From assembly GCA_027923505.1 (NCBI GenBank), contig BROI01000018.1, positions 620,001 through 684,000 of the forward strand: a stretch of DNA of 64,000 bases, given 5' to 3'. The position numbers and the translations under genes were made by a program. This document shows, in pieces, positions 1 through 10,020 of the stretch. Under the pieces are notes generated by a model. The model saw nothing but the letters and a program-made list of their open reading frames with translations, was not told the origin of the DNA and did no database searches. How positions within the stretch are numbered: the first letter of the stretch is position 1; each line of letters begins with the position of its first letter. The DNA comes from Mayamaea pseudoterrestris (Eukaryota).

Positions 1-304
1 TCTTCAGGTACGAATATGAAAATGGTTGTTTGAAAAGAGGATGAAAGGAATATGCATTTACACGGTCGGCAGAGTAGTTACCCTACTCTACTTTACTGTA
101 CCTATAGGTATGCTATTTGTCTCATAAATTAGCAGTTTAATGTTAAATGCGGTGTTAGTGGAAGGTTGCTTATCGCCGAGCTAGCAGTAACACCAGTCGA
201 TGACGACTACGAGTTGTCGACGAGTAACGGAACGACAGATTTAAAATTGAAACAGCGCCGCGAATGCGCGCGTCCATCACTTCTGTTTTTCCAATTGAAC
301 CACG

Positions 305-1174
305 ATGAATCTCCGAATAGCTTTACAATTGTGCTCCTTATTGGCCATTCCAATCAATGAAGCATTTATAATTCGACCAAAGCTCTACCAAGCTCGTCTT
401 TCGCTCGCATTATGCGCTGAGCTGACCTCTCTTCGAGTGTCCGAGCTGAAATCGGAGTTGAAAGATCTTGGCGTTGACTTTTCCGACTGCTTTGACAAGG
501 AAAGTCTCATGGCGAAACTAAATCATGCACGAGGTAGTGATACAGCTGGAAATGGAAGCAGTGCTGACTCGTCGGCCGATGTTACAAATCTAGAAGAGGA
601 ACTATCGACAACTGCACCGGCCCCAACACCATCGTCGCCATCACCTTCCATTTCATCGCAAAAATCACAATCATCACCTACAGACTTGCTGCAGGAACTC
701 GGACAAAAATCCGTCAAGGAACTTCGGCAGGAACTTGCTTCTCGAAACCTTCGCTGGGCGGGTATGTTGGAAAAGAAGGAACTCGTACACGCAGTCTATG
801 ACGCCATGCAAGCGGATGCATTGTTCAGCGCCACAGGTCTCATGACTCCTGGTCAGGTCTGCAACATGGTTGAGGACGATTTGCGAAGGGAGATTCAGGC
901 AGCTGATAAGGAGACACCGCTGCTGGTTGATGTTTACGCTACATGGTGCGGCCCATGTCAACTCATGGCGAAGGAGTTGCAGGACGCGGCCCAAGAACTT
1001 GGCAGTTCTGTGCGTATCGCCAAGCTAGATTCGGACCAAAACGAGAAGCTGGCTGGTGAGTTGCGCGTCCAAGGTCTTCCAACGCTGATTCTGTTTGAGA
1101 ATGGAAAGGAGGTCAAGCGGATGGAGGGTGCCATCAAAAAGGATCAATTGATTGAGTGGGTGGTCGAAGAATAA
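305..1174 (+). CDS. Thioredoxin with signal/plastid presequence and two N-terminal SAP/LEM-like helical repeats
   Basis: DVYATWCGPC active site and a C-terminal Trx fold (VQGLPTLILF). The hydrophobic N-terminus ends in ..NEA-F (ASAFAP-like). Repeats are LRVSELKSELKDLGVDFSDCFDKESL and KSVKELRQELASRNLRWAGMLEKKEL. Confidence 0.9.
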   Translation: MNLRIALQLCSLLAIPINEAFIIRPKLYQARLSLALCAELTSLRVSELKSELKDLGVDFSDCFDKESLMAKLNHARGSDTAGNGSSADSSADVTNLEEELSTTAPAPTPSSPSPSISSQKSQSSPTDLLQELGQKSVKELRQELASRNLRWAGMLEKKELVHAVYDAMQADALFSATGLMTPGQVCNMVEDDLRREIQAADKETPLLVDVYATWCGPCQLMAKELQDAAQELGSSVRIAKLDSDQNEKLAGELRVQGLPTLILFENGKEVKRMEGAIKKDQLIEWVVEE

Positions 1175-1224
1175 TACAAAATACATGAGACTCGTATGAA
1201 TATGCAGCGCTGCATTGTCTATTG

Positions 1225-2019
1225 CTAATGGCTATCTACATAGTCTTGATCAAGCAATTGCGTATTCAAGTAGTCGTCAACCTTGATAATCGAGGCACCT
1301 CCAAAATAGTCAATCAGCCAAACATCCTTTAGCTCTAACTTGGCAACGATCCAATCATGGTTGCTTGGCCATCCTTCCATATCAGGGTGCCGCTGGAAGA
1401 GTGCGTTTTGGGCCCACTTGAACTCGTCGGATGCTTGCTCCACCTCCACCATGCGCCCCGACAGTGTCAATCGCGCGCAAACCGGGCTCTCAGCATCGCC
1501 ATAGTAGCCCTTGGTTTGCGTGGAGGCATCGCATGCTGCTAGTATTAAACCGCCTCCGCAAACTGTTGCGAGTGAAGCTTCCGAGAGTGTAAACGAGGCA
1601 TATGGATGCTTTTGGATATCGCGAAAACTTTGGTCCATGTAAGTTCCATAAAAGTACGGAACGCCAGTCGAATTGTCGCAGGAGCCATCAACAAAACTAT
1701 ACACATTTCCAAATGGCATGGCAAGTTGAATTTTCTGGGCGTCCTCGGCAAAAAGTCGACTCGAAATGGTGGAAAGTACGCCCCATTCCAGCGAGTGGAC
1801 CATCCATCGAGCTGTCAAAGCCTTGTCCCATATATCAGGCTTGGCGAGTAATCGGCATGGGCAGTATGGTTTCTCATCAACGTTTGTATCTCCGTCACTG
1901 GTTGAATTCATGACTTCTCTCATACGCGCCTCGGTTTCAGCGCGTGAAAGTATGAAGAGCGTCAGGACGAAACGCAGCAATGAAAGCGAAAGAGGTTTTT
2001 GTAGGAAGGAGATTGTCAT
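1225..2019 (-). CDS. CREG: CREG-like protein (split-barrel, PNPO-like), secreted or lysosomal
   Basis: Signal peptide, plus the CREG motifs ARWMVH..WGVLSTIS, PFGNVYSFVDG..STGVPYFY, SPVCARLTLSG, LFQRHPDMEGWP..H, and WLIDYFGG. Confidence 0.88.
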   Translation of the reverse strand: MTISFLQKPLSLSLLRFVLTLFILSRAETEARMREVMNSTSDGDTNVDEKPYCPCRLLAKPDIWDKALTARWMVHSLEWGVLSTISSRLFAEDAQKIQLAMPFGNVYSFVDGSCDNSTGVPYFYGTYMDQSFRDIQKHPYASFTLSEASLATVCGGGLILAACDASTQTKGYYGDAESPVCARLTLSGRMVEVEQASDEFKWAQNALFQRHPDMEGWPSNHDWIVAKLELKDVWLIDYFGGASIIKVDDYLNTQLLDQDYVDSH

Positions 2020-2204
2020 GGTTCCGTTTCTTCTCGCTTCACATAAATATACTTGTTCAGTCGTTTCGAACTGTTGTTATGCTTCAAAGTATGATGGAAA
2101 AGATTTACAGATTTACAGCCAAAGCATGACGAAACGTCTTGGCATGGTCCATCGTCGCATCTTCTATCGCGGCCGCCGCGCCATCGCGGTTGATCGCGGA
2201 TCCT

Positions 2205-2547
2205 GTGAAAGTGCGTCATCAGGCAATAGTATAAAACAAGTGCCAGTGATAGCTACGTCATAAAGCAATAGTACGAAACGAGTGCCAGTGAAAACGGCGT
2301 CATGAGGCTATAGTATGAAACGAGTGCCAGTGAAAACCACGTCATTAGGTAATAGTATGAAACGAGTGCCAGTGAAAACTACGTCACAAAATAATATAAC
2401 GAAACGATTTCCAATGAGTCATTAGGCAATAATATGAAACGAGTGCCAGTGTCAATTACGTAATGAGGCAATAGTATGAAACGATTGCCAGTGATAACTA
2501 CGTCACAAGGCAATAGTATGAAACGGGTGCCAGTGAAAACTCCGTCA
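2205..2547. repeat. 42-bp tandem repeat array 1 (about 8 units)
   Basis: Unit ends (CGTCA) fall at 2218, 2260, 2302, 2344, 2386, 2421 (7-bp deletion), 2463, 2505 and 2547. The consensus is approximately TGAGGCAATAGTATGAAACGAGTGCCAGTGAAAACTRCGTCA. Confidence 0.97.
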
Positions 2548-2723
2548 TACAAGCGTCATCGTCGAGAGATGACGTGTTCGCTAACCGTGCTTCACCATGA
2601 GGATTCTTTGCGATGTGTATCGTCAGTTTCAACACGATCCGATTGATTTAGCGAAAGATTGTCATCATACATTCGTAGAGATTGCCATATCTCAAGTTTA
2701 AAGAAATATTACACCAAACGAAT

Positions 2724-3483
2724 ATGAAAATCTCCTCCACAGCCACCGTCGCGATGGCCATGGCTTCGACGGTTTCAGCCTTCGCTCCCGCCTTTGTCTC
2801 GCAGCAACTATCACGAACAGCTAGTCACGCTGCATTGTCAAGTCAACGACTATTTCTTTTCGACAAGCTCTTTAGCACGTCCACCAAGGACTCGCAGTAC
2901 CCAGTTTACGCGGACGAGTCTGTCATGGCACCCAAGGCGCATGGAACATCCGAGAAACCCGTTCAGTCCAACTTGCGATGGAATTGTGATGTTGCAACGG
3001 CTGATCGCATTTCTAATTTCAACAGACATTACGCCGAATTTGCTGGTATGTTTCGATTGCTGCTCAAGTGACGTTAATCATGCAGTACATGCGTTCTGCC
3101 GGCTCAACCACCATCCATCACTCTTTTCATTCACTTCATGCACAGGCTATTGGACATCAACTGATTTTCTTACATACGTCAAGGAACACGAGGATGAAAT
3201 TAAGGCTGGAAATCCCATTAACTTTTACGACTCGGTCACTGGCAAGTTGCTCTTTCGCGCACCTGTCGGTCGCTCACTCGAAGACTTTATTGCTGAAAGC
3301 AAGAGTCATGGGTGGCCCTCCTTCCGCGACGAGGAAACTAACTGGGAGCATGTACGTTGCCTTAAGAATGGAGAATGCATTAGCGAGACCGGAACGCACT
3401 TGGGACATAACCTTCCAGATGGCAAGGGCAATCGCTACTGCATCAACCTGGTCAGCGTTGCGGGTCATCCAGAGGAAAAGTAA
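2724..3483 (+). CDS. MSRB: Plastid-targeted MsrB-like peptide methionine sulfoxide reductase (2 exons: 2724-3045, 3146-3483)
   Basis: Presequence VSA-FAP. A GT-AG intron at 3046-3145 joins HYAEFAG|YWTS. Motifs HGWPSF, HLGH and RYCIN are present, while the Zn CxxC pairs are absent. Confidence 0.85.
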
Positions 3484-4299
3484 ATGATTAAATTAGTGCT
3501 CGTCGAGTCATTATAGTTCAAGCAACAGTAATTGCTTAAAAGGTTAAACTTGGTAACGTGGCGAGCTTAGGATACATGCGAGACGACGACCTGCAATAGA
3601 AAACACCAGTCGACGACGTGCACCAAGTCTCGATCGAACGAGCCGACTGTGTAGCTAGCCAACAAGTGTCGTGTAGCGGCTGGTAGCTGCAGCGCACGTG
3701 TGTAGTCGACCGCAGTCATGGCAGATAGTGGCTCCTTTGTGTTCTTGCTTCGTAGATCTTGCTCCGTAGAAACCTGTCCACGTTGTCTTGTCGTCGACGT
3801 GCCCGCAAATTACGTGGGCATATCGTCATGCCGACAAATCAGTCCGATCTTTGCTTGCGGAGTTGTAACTTCATGAGAGCGTTTGCGATGACGCTTGCTC
3901 CATGATCGTGATTGAAACACTAGGCTGAAAATGTGGCCTTCTGCAATGCAAACATGCTGGGATTATCACCAGCTGTAGGAGCACTGCCGAACTAACAGTA
4001 AATCCAAGCTGTCCACTTGCTTTCTGTAGTGCCACGTTTGTCGTTTGGGATTTCTTTAGCCTCCACCGTCAGTTGTAACGTCACTGCCGACGACAATACT
4101 TTCTTCATCTTGGCCGCTGTAATGTCGACTTCTTCAGTTTCGACAATCTTTTAATCCAGCCGAGATGATGTAGCATCTGCTGGAGAAGAACCCTGAAACA
4201 ATTCTAAACCTTTTTATGCTTATTCGGCTATTGTCACGAAAGAGTAGCATCGCACGACCAATGGGCACCTCATTGTCTCATCCATACGTAACGCATGGC

Positions 4300-5388
4300 T
4301 CAGTCAGCCACTTCGAACGGCTTGCGAAACCTTGCCGAAACCCAGACTCGCCGTCGCTTGGATTGCTGCGAGCGATTCTCAAAGACTTTACAAAGATAGC
4401 GCAGTTCCAAAACCTCCAGACCACAGTCCTGCTCGAATAATTGACGCAAATCATCCAAGGTAAAGTAGTAGCACTTTGTGCCATCAAACTTGCGATAGAA
4501 GTTGCTCTTGACAAGCTTGTGTCGTTGCAGTCCAAGCTTGAGTTGTCCCTCGTCGTATCGCCCATAGTCACGAATTACCAAGACACCGCCATGCGCCAAT
4601 GAATGAGCAATGTTTCGAGCTGCAGCAGCGTGCAGCATTGGATCAATGGCCGACAAGCAAAAGAAAAGCGTCGTGACAGTCGCCGCATGGATGCATGGCT
4701 CTGGAATTTGCTTTGTAATGTTGCAAACGTACGCAAAGGCGCGATTCATTTCATGAGCTTGCTTAAACCGAGCATCTTGTTGCAGCAATTCGACTGCCAC
4801 TGGACTGAGGTCCATGCAGTGAATCGTCCAGTCAATGGCTGCTGCGCCGTCACCATTGTCGTCTACTCGCTGATCCAAAAGTGGAAGCACTGCATTGCCA
4901 ACGCCACAACCAATCTCAACGCAGCAGCGAGCTCTTGTCGGATTGATTGTCGTTACGGAAAATTCGTCGCTAAAGTCCGTTTCCAAGTAATGTTTGTCCT
5001 TGTAAAAGTTGGTTTGGTGCGAATGGTAGAAGCGATTCCACGAGTCCTCCTCCAACTCTTCGAGGATATTTGTAATGAGACACTTTTCTTCGTGAGCTTG
5101 AAGCAAAGATGCAGCCTCCGTTGCATCGGTTTCCGTCCAATCCTCCTCGGTGACAGTAATGGTTCGATTCGCGCGTGATGAATTAAGCACGGTGCTTGTT
5201 GTCGGAGTATCAGACGAGTCCTTTGTATTTGACAATTTCATACGACCAAAAAGGTCATGATATGAAACAGCAACTTGCACCTCGGGATCAGTGAGCATGT
5301 TCTTGAAACTACGGGCAGGTACTACACTGTATTTGGAGTCATGGCCGGTAGATGTAGATCCCGCTCTCATCACTGTCAATTGCATCAT
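4300..5388 (-). CDS. tRNA m3C methyltransferase (METTL2/METTL6/Trm140 family)
   Basis: WNRFY..H...FYKDKHYL..DF, EIGCGVGN, FCLSAI, RDYGRYD, FY...DGT..YYF and RRVWV..RF..P. Confidence 0.9.
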   Translation of the reverse strand: MMQLTVMRAGSTSTGHDSKYSVVPARSFKNMLTDPEVQVAVSYHDLFGRMKLSNTKDSSDTPTTSTVLNSSRANRTITVTEEDWTETDATEAASLLQAHEEKCLITNILEELEEDSWNRFYHSHQTNFYKDKHYLETDFSDEFSVTTINPTRARCCVEIGCGVGNAVLPLLDQRVDDNGDGAAAIDWTIHCMDLSPVAVELLQQDARFKQAHEMNRAFAYVCNITKQIPEPCIHAATVTTLFFCLSAIDPMLHAAAARNIAHSLAHGGVLVIRDYGRYDEGQLKLGLQRHKLVKSNFYRKFDGTKCYYFTLDDLRQLFEQDCGLEVLELRYLCKVFENRSQQSKRRRVWVSARFRKPFEVAD

Positions 5389-5442
5389 GCATCATGCATC
5401 GGGTCCGATCGTGCCAAATTTTGTCTATGTACTTCTTAATCC

Positions 5443-5624
5443 ATAGTGCCAAAAACTTTGATTTTCAACGGTTATCAATGTGCACTCTGGAGCACAGTGC
5501 CAAAAACTTTGATTTTCAACGGCTCACCATACTGCACTCTGAACTACAGTGCCAAAAACTTTGATTTTCAACGGTTGTCAGTGATACATTCTGGATTACA
5601 GTGCCAATAACTTTGATTTTCAAC
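5443..5624. repeat. 51-52-bp tandem array (4 units) with an invariant ~27-bp core and more variable ~24-bp linkers
   Basis: The core AGTGCCAAAAACTTTGATTTTCAACGG starts at 5445, 5496, 5548 and 5600 (the last copy has variants). The linkers share CA(C/T)TCTG. Confidence 0.95.
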
Positions 5625-5767
5625 TGCCAGTCGCAGCAGCAACTCTACAGTCTATTCCCACTGCGACGCTCTCGCCCCGATGGCGTGCTTCCATATCTTG
5701 CTTGGCAACCACAACATGACATGAAGAATCAAACCACAGCAACTACAACCCTCTCCGACATCGTACC

Positions 5768-6764
5768 ATGACCTCCGCCAAAGTAACGCCTCTCCAATGC
5801 GCCTACACTTTTTCCTTTATGCGTCGCGGCAAAGGAGCCAGTGCTACCGACGCAGCGGCCGCCGGCAAAAAGGAGGAGAATGCAGCAGCAACTAGCGAAC
5901 CTAATCCTTACGAGAATGCCATCAAGACAATCACCACCGTTGGATCCGTCGAGGAGTTTTGGGCAGTTTACGATTTTTTGAAGCGTCCGAGTGACCTTAC
6001 GCCAACGACTGACTATCAGTAAGTACACAATGAGAGGAGGAAGGAGGATTCGCTGTTGCATGACGGAAACGATTCACTCAATTCTCTGCTATTGCGATTC
6101 CTTCCTCTTTTCAGCATTTTTCGCTCTGGCACTAAACCTACCTGGGAAGACCCCAATAATAAGGATGGAGGGAAATGGATTGTTCGACTCCCAAAGGGCC
6201 TTGCAAGGTGGGCTATCGATTGAATGATGGATGGATGGAGGGATGCAGTCCGACTTTCTTAGAACGCACAACCACTCACTCAAAAACATCTTTCATCTCA
6301 TACATTGATTCCCTTTCACAAACTATTTTTATTTTTACAGCCGTTACTGGGAAGAAATTACGCTAGCATTGATCGGTCAACAGTTCCTCGGCGTGCCCGA
6401 CGGCGAAGTTTGCGGAGCAGTATTGTCTGTTCGATACAATGAAGACATTCTTGGCGTTTGGAACAAGTCGGCTAGTGATCGGGAATGCATTGAAAAAATC
6501 AGAGACGCAATCAAAAAGATATTACAGCTGCCTCCTCACGCAAACATGGAATACAAGCCCCATCAAAACAGCATGGCGGATCGATCAAGCTTTCGCAATA
6601 CGACAGTCTGGAAACCAAAGTCTTTGGAGGGTCGGACGGCTGGGGGCGCCGCTGCTGCCGGTGGCGCGGAGGCTCGTCGGTCCTCCTGGGCGGAGCGGGA
6701 GGAGCGAAAGGCAGCAACGACCAAGGCGACTGGAAGAGATACTGGCACGGGGCGTTGGCGCTAG
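5768..6764 (+). CDS. EIF4E2: Class II eIF4E (4EHP/nCBP-like cap-binding protein); exons 5768-6018, 6115-6207, 6341-6764
   Basis: The spliced product reads YENAIKTI..VGSVEEFWAVY..DYHIFRSGTKPTWEDP..GGKWIVRLPKGLASRYWEE..LIGQQF. Tyr replaces the class I Trp, and both GT-AG introns are in phase. Confidence 0.9.
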
Positions 6765-7437
6765 AATGACTGCATCTGCAGCTACTTCTATAGTCATTGA
6801 TGTTGAAAATGTAACAGAATGGATGACATACACAACAGGGCTTTGAGTAACTATTGTTACTTCCTGTTAGTAGAAGACGCACGGTAAATGAAGTCCATGC
6901 TATGCGCACGACACTCTGGCACGTTTTGTCGTTCCGGTTCTTCTGCGACATTCGTTCATTCACTGCAGGAAAAAATGGCGACGAACAAATCTTCCATATG
7001 AACCTCTCACCTGTCCTTCGGCCCTGCAAGCAAGCACATTAACCTTTATTCTAGGTGAGGCATTATAAAATGAGAATTTGATCGAGGATGATGGTTTCGG
7101 CGATCGTCAAGAGAGTAGTCTTGTTTCTTTGGACGATGGCCAAGAACAAACGAGCGACAACGATATCCAGCCTGCAACAAAACAACTCGTCATTGATTTC
7201 GAAACTTGTCTTAATTCATTATGATTTCGTTCTGATGATAAGATGTATAAGACCTTTTCCTCAGGGCTGCATTGGTGACCGGGTGCCTACAAATTTGAGG
7301 GCGACGTGCTGCGACGACGTTCATCACATTTTTTTCTAGCGAAGGAGCAACAATCAAGGATAAAGCAACGACTATACAAGGCATTGCACTTACTGCCAAG
7401 ATAGCAATTGCCACTCGTACGTTAAACTTGGGTAGCA

Positions 7438-8750
7438 ATGTCCCAGGTAAACTATGAATCAAAGCGGAGCACCAGGAAGCATGTGCGACATGACGTGCCC
7501 GAGCCAGCTGGATTAATGACGGATGCGTCTGATAGCATTAAAGCGAGCTCAATTTCGGACAATCACTCGTCAGCTGTGAAGAAGATCAAAGAGCGCAGCA
7601 AGTCTAATGCTGATGCTGCCAGTGCCGTATGTTCGTTAGAAAATGCCGATCAAGATGCAAAAAATTCCATCAGCCTTCTTCATCTTGACTCAAACGCCAT
7701 TGAACAAGTTATGAGATTCTTGGAGATTCGAGAATTGGCGGTTTTGGCTTCGTGCAGCCACATGCTGCGCGACAAGCTGAACATTAGTGGGTACCTCCGG
7801 CTGATTGCAGAAGCTCTGCATGCGCACACGGGGCGAACGTATTATAAATCGACTGCTGAAAAGCACAAGTGATCTCAACGTTATTTGAATTCATTGGTTG
7901 CGACAGACACTCACTTTGTAAAATGCGACGCGCCGGTTTCATTGGAATCTTTGCTTTGTTGACAGTCGTTCAACGAGCATGTTATGGTCGAGTGGAGGTG
8001 TACGGCGGCAAATACTTTACGGAAGATGTCAACGTCAACTATTAAATTGATTGCAAAGTTAATTCTAAGTCGGCTTGATAGTTACGCGACTGTCCAGCGT
8101 CGCGTAGCAAGCGCACTGCTTCCTTTTTGCCAACTAAACCAACAAAGCCTTGCAACTACAGCCGTATATAGTCATCTGGACCACCTCGCTGTAGTTGCGA
8201 TCGCGCATGTCAACTTTGTAGTTGTGCAATGCCTTGCCTTCTATGGAGTGGGAACAAAGTTTATCAACGCACGGTAGGAGCTTTTCCTGAAATCAATCCT
8301 TTCAATTTTCGAAACGTCCACGACCGACTTGGCGTGTGCATGTGCCTTTTTGCGTGGAACGGCTCGACAACACCATCGTAGCGTATCAAATTAAAGCGGA
8401 TCGATGGTCGTATGGTACGTGGTGGTACATTATACTTTGTTCGCTCTGAAGGAAACAGCGCTTGTCTCAAGATCCACATTCCGATAGATGTAGCTCTTGC
8501 CGGAGAACGATAGTACTTGGAGAAGGAAAAGAAGCCAGTAACAATGTCGCCGTCGCAATTGCATTTACGGTTGGTTTGCTTGGCCAACGATATGCTTCCT
8601 TTGTTCCCTCGCCAATCGATACCAGCAAACGACTGCTATAGTACCACTGCCACTGTCCAGGCTTGTGGACTAGTGGCTAGCCTTCGCATCGCTTATCACA
8701 TGTTCACTCGCCTTTGTAAATCGACTCATACAAACGACATTTTCTTTTGA
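7438..8750 (+). pseudogene. Possible degraded F-box-like gene
   Basis: ORF 7438-7872 has an F-box-like LLHLDSNAIEQVMRFLEIRELAVLASCSHMLR. A downstream frame at about 8277-8750 reads as protein but is broken by two TAG stops. No convincing splice model was found. Confidence 0.3.
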
Positions 8751-9634
8751 TTGCGAAAAACTCGTCGGCGTCATGAAAGGACTTCCACGTTCGAATATTT
8801 AAATGCTATTGCCAATCACACGCATGATAAAAGGCAAGTTGCCGCTTTATATACCATCCCATAGGGTCATCACCGTTATAGTTCTGCCACATTGGTACAT
8901 ATGGATCGTTCACGGTAGTTTGGTCCATTCGATGATGGTAAAATGATTGCGCCATTGCTGAAAAAACTCAAAAGGTGACGCTTTGTGTGGACTGTGGGTC
9001 GACAGCTCAGAATAGTGAAAGGCAAAAGGCCATTCCTTCCGCAGTCGATGGTTCTCTTCCATGACCATGATACAAGTACAGAACGTTCCGTTGTCGCTGA
9101 TGGAGTCATGACTTCTTGTATTGTCTGCCTGCCGGCGCTGCTGCTGCAGCAGACAGCTTTCTGACGAAGACGTGATCGTTGGTCTCGTATGCTGTATGCT
9201 TATATCTCCACAGATTGACGAGAGAGCGCTAGCAGTAGCCGTCGTGTCCAAGTCATGACGATGGTCAAAACGAATAGTTGTGGCGCGCTGCCTGTTCTTG
9301 GCGCTACTGCATGGCACCGTTACCTTCGACGAGGCGCTCCTGTAAGACAAGGAGCTCCTTCAACGCGCGCTCCGTCAACGCCGTTGCCATATCCACTTGG
9401 TTTTCACCCCAGCCGAGTATACTACACGCTCTGCCGCCGTTTGATCCCATGTCGGACGCCGCCTCCATCCGTTTCACCGTGGCCGCCATGGCTGCAACTG
9501 GTCATCTCAAAGCAACAGATCTTTGGACAGGCTGCTGAAACGTAACGTGGCCTGCCATCGTCTCTTGCCTCAAGCGCGTTGATTGAATAGCGCGGCGACG
9601 ACCATCAAAGATACCGTTTGCGCTTAAGTCACGC

Positions 9635-9905
9635 TGACGCAGTTTTCACTGGCACTCGTTTCATACTATAGCCTAATGACGCAGTTTTCACTGGCACTCG
9701 TTTCGTACTATTGCCTAATGACGCAGTTTTCACTGGCACTCGTTTCATATGAGCATTGAAACGAGTGCCAGTGAAAACTGCGTCATTAGGCAATATTATG
9801 AAACGAGTGCCAGTGAAAACTGCGTCATAAGGCTATAGTATAAAACGAGTGCCAGTGAAAACTGCGTCATCAGACAATAGTAAGAAACAAGAGCCAGTGA
9901 AAACT
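9635..9905. repeat. 42-bp repeat array 2, arranged as an inverted repeat (palindrome)
   Basis: Units TGACGCAGTTTTCACTGGCACTCGTTTC start at 9635, 9677 and 9719. A 9-nt loop follows at 9748-9756, then reverse-complement units ending at 9785, 9827 and 9869 and a partial unit to about 9905. Confidence 0.97.
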
Positions 9906-10020
9906 GTGCGACGGATCATCATGGCGCCGCACCGTGGCGCGCCATACCGCAGTGGTGTTTGCTTTTCCATTATCAACACAAACATCACTCCATGGGTTGA
10001 TCGTCTGCACGACCTCAATC

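Noticed and set aside
3500..4290. Extra exon of the methyltransferase or a separate gene
   Set aside because: The methyltransferase already ends at its family C-terminal motif, and the ORF track shows no substantial ORF here.
5493..5508. RAG RSS/Transib-like CACAGTG + CCAAAAACT
   Set aside because: The heptamer is exact in only one unit, there is no 12/23 spacer, and no transposase lies nearby.
5443..5624. CRISPR array (27-bp repeats with ~24-nt spacers)
   Set aside because: The spacers are related to each other (CAYTCTG), no cas genes are present, and the context is eukaryotic and intron-containing.
8876..9545. Overlapping short ORFs left of array 2
   Set aside because: No family was recognised and no consistent splice model was found.
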